Positions 41,867 through 56,997 of a stretch of 64,000 nucleotides of DNA are shown here, piece by piece. The translations under genes were made by a program, and so were the position numbers. The stretch lies in assembly GCA_907165135.1 (NCBI GenBank), contig OU015567.1, positions 10,664,001-10,728,000 of the forward strand, given 5' to 3'. This stretch comes from Oikopleura dioica (lineage: Eukaryota; Animalia; Chordata). The notes under the pieces are model-generated. The model saw only the letters and a list, made by a program, of their open reading frames with translations. It made no database searches and was not told the origin of the DNA. Numbering within the stretch: position 1 is the stretch's first letter; each line of letters starts with the position of its first letter.

Positions 41867-42244
41867 TTTCGTTTCTTCACACTCTCTTTCGCCGAAAATT
41901 CGTCAACTCATTGTTATTTTCTTCATTATCACGGGGAGAGAAGCACTTCTTTCTCGGACAAACTCTCTTGATGACGCACCACGTGAAGTGAGTAACCACA
42001 AGCAGCGCCCAATCAATGAGCGCCAAATGAATTTCTACTTTCGAACGCGTAAATTTCCCATCGTTGTCATTAGAATCATCAGCAAAATCTCTATTATCGG
42101 ATGTCCATTGGCAAAACTTTGGTTACTCCTTTCATAGGTGCCTAATCAATTTACATAAAAGAAGAACTTAAAACAATAAGCTTTATAAGAAAGTTTTTTT
42201 TTTATTGCAAAGAAAATTGTACACACAGAAAAGCATTTTTCTGA

Positions 42245-43169
42245 TTAACACTCGCCAAGGGACAGAATTTCGCCTCCACTGCAGCAGTTTCTGTTCGTGT
42301 TGTAGGTAGCACCCTCACAGCAGGCGAATCGACCGCCTTTGTCGGAAAATGGAAATCTAAAAATCTCAGGCCGAAGGAATCGACAGGATCTTACCTGTTC
42401 GGATACTCTCCGCAGCATTTCATCTCAGGTGGGTTGACAGAGCCGCCGCCGTTTCCGCCATTTCCAGATCCAGGTTGTCGAGTAGTTGTTGTCATTGGAG
42501 ATTCTGTCGTCATCGATGGACATTCAGAGGCAAAGTCTGTTCTGGGATTTTACATTTTTCTTGGTTATTTAAAAAAGGCTTTTGAGCAATTTCAAATCCG
42601 GTGGCAAAATTTCCCTCTTGCAGAAATTGAGGGTTCAAGCTTTCTCCTGCTTTCAACAGTTCTGTCAGTCCAAATGCAAGTTCTTCATCGCACTAAAAAC
42701 AAGATAGCACTGATTTCTTTTTTCACTTCTACCTTGCAAGGATTAACTCGGCATTCGTCGGTGGAAATGCACTGGATTCGGATTCCATTGAATCCAACTT
42801 CATATGCGATTCCGGAGTCCCAGTCACAGCCGTCGAGCTTGATGCATTGAATGCACTGTTGGTACTTTCGGCCGAGCTCATCTAAAGGAAGAGGTCAAAC
42901 TGATGGTTCAAAAAAAGAAACTTACCAAATGGATCGACTGGTTCGCCAACTCCAGGGACCATTCCGTCCTGTCCCGCGTTTCTAATCTGAAGCCAGCAGC
43001 CGTAGTTCAGCAGCTCGTCTCGAAGGTTCAAATCTAAGCCCGCAAACTGGAGGTAGATCGACAAGATGTTGTGGTACAGCGATTCGGTCGAAGCAAGACT
43101 CCTGCTGATTTTGAGACCAAAGACGGAGACGAGCGAAGAAATCGCAACAAGTCGTGTGAACACTTTCAT
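42245..43169 (-). CDS. Secreted cysteine-rich protein with a phospholipase A2-like fold and C-terminal CC motifs
   Basis: Signal peptide; NYGCWLQ...GVGEPVDPFDELGRKYQQCIQC...CKCDEELAF; Thr/Gly linker; KCCGEYPNRFPF..ACCEGATYNTNRNCCSGGEILSLGEC*. Confidence 0.65.
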
Positions 43170-44725
43170 TTTCGCGTTTCTTCCAAAAGTTGCTTTTCGC
43201 TTTCTTTTTGTTGAAAAAAGTAGTATTTACTTTTTTCTTTTTACCGTTTTTTGGTGATGTTACCGCATCATTGGTTGGTTTTTAAAGAAAGTGCGGCGGC
43301 GCTGTTGCGCTGAAAATTTACATAAACTGTCACGATAATAATAACCAAGTAAGGCGAGCAAAAACCACATAGGTCGATGTATTAGTCAGGCATCCAGGCA
43401 TATTGTGACAGTAATCAAATTGATGAACTTAGAATGGGGGACCGCGCGGTATAGAACTGGGGATGACCACGTGTCAATTCGAGATGTCAATTAGAGTAAC
43501 CGATGTTAAGAAAACGAGATACTTGGCGGGAAACAATTCTAATTTCATGCCAAGTCAGAATATTGAGACGTAATATGCTTTCTAAGATAGCTTCTTATTA
43601 AGGAAATAATATTATCAAATGCATGTGTCGTTGAAAATTTTGAGCTTGCTGAACTAAGTGAGCTGCAGCTCGACTCAGCTGATCTCAAATAAAACTGATT
43701 ATTATTTTGAGAATTGCTTTGCGAAAACACGATCAACAGTCGAGAAACTAACAATAAATTTTCCGAGCTTTCCTTATTATAGGGACCTAATATGAAATTT
43801 GTCCTTTTGGTCATGAGCGTATCGAATCGTATTGAAAAGCTCTTTCAACTTTAGAAAACTCTTTTGAAAATTAAAGTCAGAGCCTTCCGTCTCTGGAATT
43901 GACTGATCCAAGAGTTCAGGGAATGTGCTTCGCCATGGTCATTTTTAGTCGAACTGTTAGGTTCCGGACTCTAGTTTGTTAGGTAAACCATTTAGGAAAC
44001 CAATTTACATGACGACTGGCGCGATGAGGTTTACGTAGAAAAAGGGCGCGAGTTTATTCTTCCTATTAAGCCAAGTTTGCCAAGCAAGTCTGGCGATGTT
44101 TTAAATTAGGTCTCCCGCCTTGGAAGCCCTGTTATTTTATACAACCAAATGCTTTGCTGGCAGAATGCTTTTCAAAGAGTAAGGAAACGTGGGATAAAGG
44201 TAAAACGACCGTGAGTTTCGTTTCTTGAATACGTGCATAACACATTTCAACGTTATTTTTTCTCAGGGTTTGAGAAGCTGGCATATTGTGCGAAACTTCC
44301 AAGTTCATTATTTTTTATCTAAATAAAACTGTTGATAAACTCAAACGCCTTCCTCGTTCACCCAAGTTCTACAAGTACTTTTTGCGTCACCAGTTTTAGA
44401 TAAGCAAAATTCTCAATTACCTCCTTTCCCAGGTTCCTTCTCTTATCCTTTGTTGATCGCTGTAAATCCGATTTCTCAAGTTCTATTTAAAAAAATGAAA
44501 TTTTATATTTCGAAATGAAGATTTTTTATGACAAACTGAATGAAGACCGCGCCGTCTGAAGGTGAAACTAAATTTGCTTCATCAAACCCTGTGACGCCGG
44601 TTTGTGGTTTGCGACTTTCCGGGTTTCACGAAATTTTTAAAGAGAAATTTAACTTGAAGATGATTTTTATAATTGCTAGAATTCTTTGAATTATCATTCA
44701 GAAAGTGTCAATTTTGAATATTTTT

Positions 44726-47288
44726 TTATTTTGCAAAGATTAGGCAAATAAGATGAACAAAAGTAAGAACATATTTTATCAGTGCTTCTTGTTGATCTTC
44801 GAGTGTAAAAGCCAACCAGCAAAAAATGACTACTCCTAGAAATAGCCTCGATTTCTCAAATTTTCGATCTTTTCCTGAGCAAGATTGGCAGATATTAATT
44901 GTTGAGTGAAACTGAACAGGGGATTTCATTAGCTAGAGATTATAATTTATAAACATACCAAGAATATAATTACTGGAACGCATGAAAGTGCTGAAAATTT
45001 CTGCTCGTCATCGAATTCAGAATAGGCAGATTGGCGCTCAAGAAAATAGCTCATCAAGTATGACGCAGAAAGCATTTGAATAAGCGTATAGAAGCTTTGC
45101 TTTGTTGACATGTAGGGGTCGTAGATTCTAAAGAGGTAAATTTTCGAATAATTACTTTTATTGCATCTTACTTGTAATTAGGGTATCCTCTTGGATAGTC
45201 CTCAATATCTCCAAGTCGCATGTTTGGCTTCTCTTCACTGTAACCCGGTCCTTTTGCCATGAAAATATAGACTTGCCGGAATTTGTCCTTCAATGATGAA
45301 TGTTTTTTGATCTCATCAACCATGAATCGGTAATATCGAAGTTGAATATACGAAAATGAAAACGACTCCGACCCATGAAGTAGTCCATAAGCAATTTTCT
45401 CATCTTTGTGATCATTCTTTTCCACAAACGTTCCATAAATTCGGTCCCAGATGATCAAAACGCCGGCGTAGTTTTTGTCGATGCAGAATTTGTTTGTTCC
45501 ATGGTGCACTTGATGATGCTTGGGCACGTTGAAGAAAAAGTTGTAAACGGGTCCGAATCCATCGATTAGTTCAGTGTGGATCCAAAACTGGTAAATCAAA
45601 CTTATACCTAGAACGAATTGAAGACTAGATTTCTGTTTGTCTGACCTAGGTGAATCATGAACATTTGTGGAGGGATTCCAAGAAGAGCCATTGGAATATA
45701 AAACGGAGCAGAGAAAAATTTTTGGAAAAGACTCTGGCGAATCCCAGTTGACAAGTTGAAGTCTTGACTCGAATGATGGACTAAAAAACAAATATTCTCT
45801 AGTTGACCGTTGGCATTTTCTGGTTTATTTGTGAGCTACCGGTTTCGGATATTAATCCTTCATCAGGCTAACAAGTACAATAAACATATATTCCGTTGAA
45901 AAGTAAGTTACCGTGAGGCGAGCGAAAGCACGACTGAGGTGAAAGCGAGAAAACAACAAAGATCATATCGTAACAGAAATGGCAAAAGGGGCGCCAAGAA
46001 TGGATTGATTGATTGGCCAGGTGTGACTCAATCGGCAAAAAGATCCAAAAGATTATTAAAGAAGTGACACCGTCATTTCGAGTAGTCATGGCCTGGAAAA
46101 CAGTTCGGTTAGAATCAGTTATTTACCCTAAGTTGAAAAGAGAAATCCCTTTCCGAAAGAAATCTTGTGTAGTCTACGAGTACAAATGCTTCTGTGGCAC
46201 TAGATATCATGGAGAAACTATGAGACCTTTAGAGAAAAGATTCCACGAGCATTTCGATCTACCCTCAGCTAATTTGCCTGTTAGGTCACACTCGTTAAGT
46301 TGTAAGAAATTTATGGACAGATTTAACAACTTTAAAAGTGATCCAAGCACTTTGACTAAATTCAAACGAAAAAACACTTCTCTTGCTACACTTCTATGTG
46401 AATTCGCTTTTCAATCTGATCTTATTTCCATAACTGAAACTTGTCTTGATAACTATCATGAACGAAAAACTTCAGAAGCTTTCCATATTAAACTCACAGA
46501 TCCAATCTTAAACCGTCAAATCAAGAGTAAAAGTGTCAATTTTCTGTAAAAGGGGCATACATCAATCCATTCTTGGCGCCCCTTTTGCCATTTCTGTTAC
46601 GATATGATCTTTGTTGTTTTCTCGCTTTCACCTCAGTCGTGCTTTCGCTCGCCTCACGGTAACTTACTTTTCAACGGAATATATGTTTATTGTACTTGTT
46701 AGCCTGATGAAGGATTAATATCCGAAACCGGTAGCTCACAAATAAACCAGAAAATAAAAAACAAATGATTTACTTTAGCAGAACTCCTACGACCTTGATG
46801 AGCAGCCCAACCGACCATTGTTTCGTGCAGAAAACGATGTTCCCAGTAATAGCCGTGGTCGTTCATGAAAAAAGCAAGCCACCAGGCGGTTCGTGAATCC
46901 CAAGAAAACGTATAAAAACGGTGGTAGGTGAAGAAATATGTATACACAAGGAATGGAAGATGTTTTTCGCCGATAAACTCAAACACGCGGAGCAGATTTG
47001 AATTACCAAGGGAGACGAGTGCATCATTGAACCGGAATCGGCCTCTACAACTGTTTAAACTCAAATGTAATCATTTAAAAAAAAGGATGATAAATGTTAC
47101 CTGAACTGGCAAATCAATGCTTCAATAAAAATTAAAACTACGAAGACTGGAATAATTTGAGAAATAACATCTGGTACATCTTCGGGTTTTTCATAAAGAG
47201 TCTCTCCTGGAGTTACAAAGTACCAAAAACATCGCAGCGGAAAAGAAACTTTCCAAAGATTCTCTGAAAATAATTCAGAGGAGTTCAT
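44726..47288 (-). CDS. AGMO: Alkylglycerol monooxygenase (fatty acid hydroxylase family)
   Basis: DHGYYWEHRFLHE, WAAHQ spliced to VHHSSQDFNLSTGIRQS, YQFWIHTE, and HHQVHHGTNKFCIDKNYAGVLIIWDRIYGTF. The 3' end is approximate. Confidence 0.9.
45834..45869 (-). ncRNA. Minimal hammerhead ribozyme motif, inverted copy (sense in AGMO pre-mRNA)
   Basis: Exact reverse complement of 46701-46736. Confidence 0.8.
46701..46736 (+). ncRNA. Minimal type-I hammerhead ribozyme motif in the pLTR
   Basis: AGC-CTGATGA-A-GGAT(TAAT)ATCC-GAAA-CCG-GTA-GCT: conserved core, stem II GGAT/ATCC, stem I AGC/GCT, palindromic ACCGGT in place of stem III, and a GUA cleavage triplet. Confidence 0.8.
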
Positions 47289-47328
47289 TAAGTAAATACA
47301 TAAGTATACTGGTACAAAAAAGAACTGG

Positions 47329-47766
47329 TTAGTATTTTTCGGAACGTACAGAATGCGCCACGCCTTCTTTTGATGTTTGTTCAGTTGATAGTATCAACTT
47401 GATACTGATTCTGAGCAAAAAATGACTTAGCACGAATTTCATTGAAAGAAAATCAGTTATTCTCAAAATAATTTTTTTTGCAGTTGGTTTATTAATGTAC
47501 GTGCTACGTTGCAAAAGGACTGGTTCATTCACAAGAAAATCAAACGTATCAATCCTCATAAAATGAACCTTTTCCCAAGCCGGTGCCAAGTGCACACTTT
47601 TCATCAATTTTCTTCTTTGATCCGCATAAGTCCTCCGCTCTGATTTGCGTGTAATCATCCAACACTCAATTACGGAGCAAGGAGTTCTGGCGAAGTAGAA
47701 CAGTAAGATTGATGACCATATGGACATGAAGAGAAAATCATCAATTGACGGCGCAAGAGAGCCCAT
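47329..47766 (-). CDS. Hypothetical protein
   Basis: 145-aa ATG ORF directly upstream of AGMO on the same strand, with a hydrophobic N-terminus. No homology recognised. Confidence 0.3.
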   Translation of the reverse strand: MGSLAPSIDDFLFMSIWSSILLFYFARTPCSVIECWMITRKSERRTYADQRRKLMKSVHLAPAWEKVHFMRIDTFDFLVNEPVLLQRSTYINKPTAKKIILRITDFLSMKFVLSHFLLRISIKLILSTEQTSKEGVAHSVRSEKY

Positions 47767-47865
47767 GTGCCGCGCGCCGCCGCCTTCCGGAGATCCTCCC
47801 TTGGCAAGGTTGATTAGTCTGTCATTATACAGTAATTAAATAACACGTTTTATATTCAATAAGAG

Positions 47866-52345
<4,480 letters not shown>

Positions 52346-53357
52346 TAAAATGTCTCTAAAGATCTTCCTTCAAAATGTAAAATTTACATTGTAAATAGTA
52401 AAATAAATAAAGAAGAAAACAGAAAGCATTTAAATTTATTATCGTGAAATAGAAGGCGATTCTCATGAGCGACAGTAATCAACAGGAGTGACAAAAAGGA
52501 GTGGAAAAATACTACCATGTCCTTGGTCTGCAACAATATCAGTCGTTACCAAATTTTCAGCATCATCTTATTCGAGGCTTCGAAGACTGTGTGAACATAT
52601 TATTATAAATCGTTTAAAAAATATATAAAAGCCGTGACCTAGATTTATTCGAAGGATTGGAAATTCGTTTCCAAGCCCAGGAAATCCAAAGATGCTTTTG
52701 TCGATCAGGATAGCTGACAAACTTGAAATACCAGAGGACCTCCCTTTAATTTTTGATAAAACGTATGAATTTTCTGCTCTTAATTTTTTAGAAACCATAC
52801 CACGTTCTGTTCGTAATAGATTTTCGAAGAAGCGCCCGTTCGTGCGTCAGTAACAGCGGTCAATGGGATTATTCTAAACTGCTCTCGTACTCAAACACAT
52901 TTCAAACTAATAAGTTAAACCTGACGAGATTATTTTTGGCCTTTTGTAATGTTGAAGAATATGTGTTGAAAAATGCGATGCGTCTGTTTTACCAATGTCA
53001 CAAGTGGTTGCCAATATCATATTGGCAATATGGTTATTTCGTACAGTTAAAGTAAGAAAATTAACTGACTCTTTGACTTCGCAGATCAAAATCTCTTCCG
53101 GTTATAGCTTTAGACAACAGAGTCAGAGACCAATTTGAATGTCAGAATGCAATAAAACGATTCTGCCGAAACAATTAACTATCCCGAAACCGGTAAATGG
53201 GTCATCCACGGAAAATACCTAGGGCTCGTAAAATCTAAAGAAATGAAATCGTAAAGTCTGATTTTTATCGGATTTATTACTGGGTACTTTTCCTATATAA
53301 CCTCTGAGAGAAAAACGTCTTTTCAAATTGAGCCCACAGAGAGATTCTACAATTATA

Positions 53358-55949
53358 ATGGTGATGAATGCGGCAAAACGAAAACGCGTCTTGACAAAAT
53401 TTCGAAAAGTCGTCCACGAAATCGGACGTCAACGACTTGGTACAGATTTTGACGTCAGTGTGGAACACCCCCTCAGTCTTGCCGATATGAAGCCCCGTGA
53501 TTCGACAGGGGAATCGTAAGTAACGTTTATAGTAAATATATATATACGTAAATAAGGGAGTAATTAGAGCTCAGATTTCAAAAGAGAGGAGAGTGCTTAG
53601 AGTGTCAGAGATAGGAAATGGGATTTTTGGACTGGTCAAATGGGACGAGGTGAGCTTCAGTCAAGAAATGAGTAGAGAACTTCAGAGACGAATTTTTAAG
53701 CAGTTCCAGCAAGCTCATCTCGATTAGGGTTTTTTTCTTTTAGATTAAAATATTTCGTTTAACTCTTAAAACCTTATCAGATTGCAACTGTAGCATTCAA
53801 TATTCTCTCTATCTCCAAGCCAGGTACTGTCAATTCAGTATTGGTGCCCTGGAAAATCAATTTTCCTTTGCCAAAATCAGCTAATTTTGTTTTTGTATGA
53901 TTATGTTTACGTCACATTTGATAAAAACTTGTAGCATTTCTACCGGCGAAGATGTGCTCGAAGAGTTCCGAGAGATTGGCCGAGCAAGCACAGGCGATGA
54001 AGAACTGGAAATGGCGATCTTCGACAGGTCGAAAACTCCCCAGGGAAACCTGGATCGTCAACGCTTTATACGGGTGATAAGACGAACTGGCCTCCAACTT
54101 GATGATCCGAGACTTGATCAAATTCGGTAGATATAATTTGTAGGACAATTGATTAATTTTTTTTTGTAGACGGAACATCGATGAGTGTCACAATTTCATC
54201 ATGGATAACATCGATGACGACGAGGTCCACCATGGAATCGATTTTCTCTGCTTCCGAGGCATCATCAACAACAATCAAGAGATCCTCTATCAAGCTTTTA
54301 ACAACCAGTTTGTCATCTCGGACTTTCCAACATTCCTGACTGACATTCGAGAAATGTACATTGACGCCTCGAATATTCAAGAGGGTCACTTTACTGAGTA
54401 CACGAGATATCTGAAAGAGTACCACAGTACTGATGAGTGGGGAGTTTCTTTTTGTTCTGTTGATGGCCAGCGCGCTGGATTCGGATCGAACAAGCAGATG
54501 TTCACACTGCAGTCACTCATGAACCCTTTTCTTTATGCAATGAGTTTGGATGACATGGGACCGGAAAAAATTCATTCAATCGTTGGCCAAGAAACGTCTG
54601 GCGGTCAATACAACGTTATTAAACTCGATGATAAAGGTATGAACCCACTGAATGCATATAAAACTGATATGTCAAAGGTCGTCCGCACAACCCAATGGCT
54701 AACGCAGGGGCTATTCTTTTGTCGTCACTATACAAGCAGTCCCTCAATAAGTCCGAACGACACGGAACATTTCTCGCGGCACTTCGAAAAGTCGGCGGAC
54801 TAAAGGCATCCGCAGAATCTTCCCTGAGTTTTGACTATGCAGCATTCATGTCCGAACGCGAGGATTGCCATCGAAATTCTTCAATTTGCTATTATCTAAG
54901 GTAGTCCTTACATCAAGTGTTTGAATCAAGTTTTTTAGAGAGAAAAAATGCATCGATACAAACATGGATGTAGAACAAGTTCTCGACGTTTACACACAAA
55001 TGTGCAATGTCACTGTCAACACTGACTCGCTCTCTGTCCTCGCTGCCACTCTTGGTGAGCTCAAGATTTAAAAAAAATGATTGCTAAATATTTTAGCTAA
55101 TGGTGGAATCTGTCCAATTACTGGAGAGCAATGTTTCTCCAACGATGCTGTCAAATCTACACTGTCGTGCATGCTTGCTGCTGGTATGAACGATCATTCC
55201 GGAATCTGGGCGTTCACGATCGGACTCCCCGCCAAATCAGGAATTTCAGGCGGAACGATGATCATTATTCCCAATGTTATGGGCATCGCGCTATACTCGC
55301 CAAAAATTGACAAGTCAGCGAACTCAGCCAGGGCAGCTCATTTCGCTTCAGTCTTGAATGCGAAATTTCATTTCCATGAGTACGATCCTGTAAGACTCAA
55401 GTCGACCAATTTCTCGAACAACACAGAATCTGGTTAGGATTTTTCTGCTCGAAGCAAAATAATAATTATATTTCAAGACACTGCTCAGCTCATCAAACTA
55501 ATGATAGCTGCAGAAAACAATGATGTGAATCGACTCATATTCGCTCTCATTAATGGATTCGACCTCTCGAAGCCCGGCTATCTTGAGATGACGCTCCTAC
55601 ATATTGCTGCATCAAAAGGACACCTCAAGACGATCCAGTTTTTGATCAATAAGGCGAAAGTACCCCAAGAGCCTCTTGATCAAAACAGCCGTACGCCTTT
55701 GGACTACGCAATTATGCATGATCACCAAGGTAATTTATCACTTCTCTCTATTTTTATTATCAACTTATGTTTTTAGATGTCATCGAGTTTCTGAGAAAAT
55801 CAATCAAAGTCCCAAGCCGGGACCACACAATCATCAACGAAGATGATCTCGGAACTGGTCGTATACCCGATGATCTCAAGAAAAAGATGAAGACGCTTTC
55901 AATGACTTCAGCTTCCGAAGAAGAAGATCACTATGTTCTCGAATACTAG
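53358..55949 (+). CDS. GLS: Glutaminase-family protein with C-terminal ankyrin repeats (probably catalytically impaired)
   Basis: WGVSFCSVDGQR, NPMANAGAI, SERE..RN..ICYYLREKK, LANGGICPITGE, GLPAKSGISGG and ankyrin TLLHIAASKGHLKTIQFL. Confidence 0.9.
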
Positions 55950-56997
55950 ACTTCATCCGCATTAAATTTAGCATATTTTTATTATTTAACGTACTGTATC
56001 GTTATTTGAATAAACTTTTGGCACTGGAAGGCTTCTCTGTAATTAAAAAACAAAAGCTAACGAGATAAAAGGCTGGCATTCCTTTCTTGAGCGCGGCCCA
56101 ATGTTAAGCTTGTTTACTTGGTGCTTGACGGGTGCTAGGGCGCATTAGGGAGCGGGTGGTGGTGGTGGTGCAGTGTCGGTGTAGTGCCGTCATGTCTGGC
56201 GGCGGTGTTGAGATGCAAATGTCGTGCTTGTTGCACTTCACCGGTGAGTTTTCTTATTTCTACTTTGCCCAAGCTCGGAGCCAGTCGCGCCCGCAAGCCA
56301 GAGAAGGTGACCCGTAGAGATAGTCGTTCCGGTCATAGAACCCACGAAGAAAGAAAATCATACTCACGGACAATCGGGGAAGACGGTGAGGACACCCTCC
56401 GACAACGCTCGGTTCGGATCTGCCAGGTCCACTGGGTCGAAGGAACGGAACAAATCGCATGACGGGAAGCCACGCGTGCGCTCTTACTCTCCTTGTACCG
56501 GAATAAGTACACTGTGTTGGCTCTCTTGTCAAAAAACTATTTATCTTACTCAAAGTATCAATTTTTATCTCGGCGAAAATATGAAAAGCACAGAAAGGAG
56601 ATTCATCAAAAAGTAGATGAAAAACAAAAATATGTTTCGCTATTTCGGGAGCGCAAAATAATGAAATTATTATTCTGATTTCGTAACATAAAATAACAAC
56701 ATCATAAATATAATTTATGCACTCTTGAATAATGAGTTATAAAGAAAAAATGACGTATATTGACAAATCGAGCGTCACCCAAGCGTATGCTTAGGCATTT
56801 AAAATCTCCATCGATATTTTTCCCAGTCCCAAGAAGCTGTAACGACCGAAAATCTTCTATAATTAGAAATCCAGATAATTACAACACCATGCGTTTTTTA
56901 TGACTACCAGATCGATCCTAGATCGGCTTCTCTTCTTTTGTGATGTTCCTGTGCGTAGAGAAAGTAAAACAAGTAAGGTTTAACCGAGGGACTTGAA

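Larger units (their letters stand above)
45794..46754 (+). mobile_element. 5'-truncated Penelope-like retroelement (GIY-YIG remnant) with inverted pseudo-LTRs
   Basis: ORF 46013-46549 reads VVYEYKCFCGTRYHGETMRPLEKRFHEH...EAFHIKLTDPILNRQ. 195-bp perfect inverted repeats at 45815-46009 and 46561-46755. 12-bp direct repeat TAAAAAACAAAT at 45782-45793 and 46755-46766. Confidence 0.92.

Noticed and set aside
52420-53100. Possible small spliced gene on the minus strand between corin and glutaminase
   Set aside because: Splice-like signals are present, but no consistent frame or recognisable product could be reconstructed.
56132-56616. Cluster of short overlapping ORFs upstream of the nuclear-receptor gene
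   Set aside because: GC-rich promoter or 5'UTR-like region with ORFs open in several frames and no consistent coding pattern.
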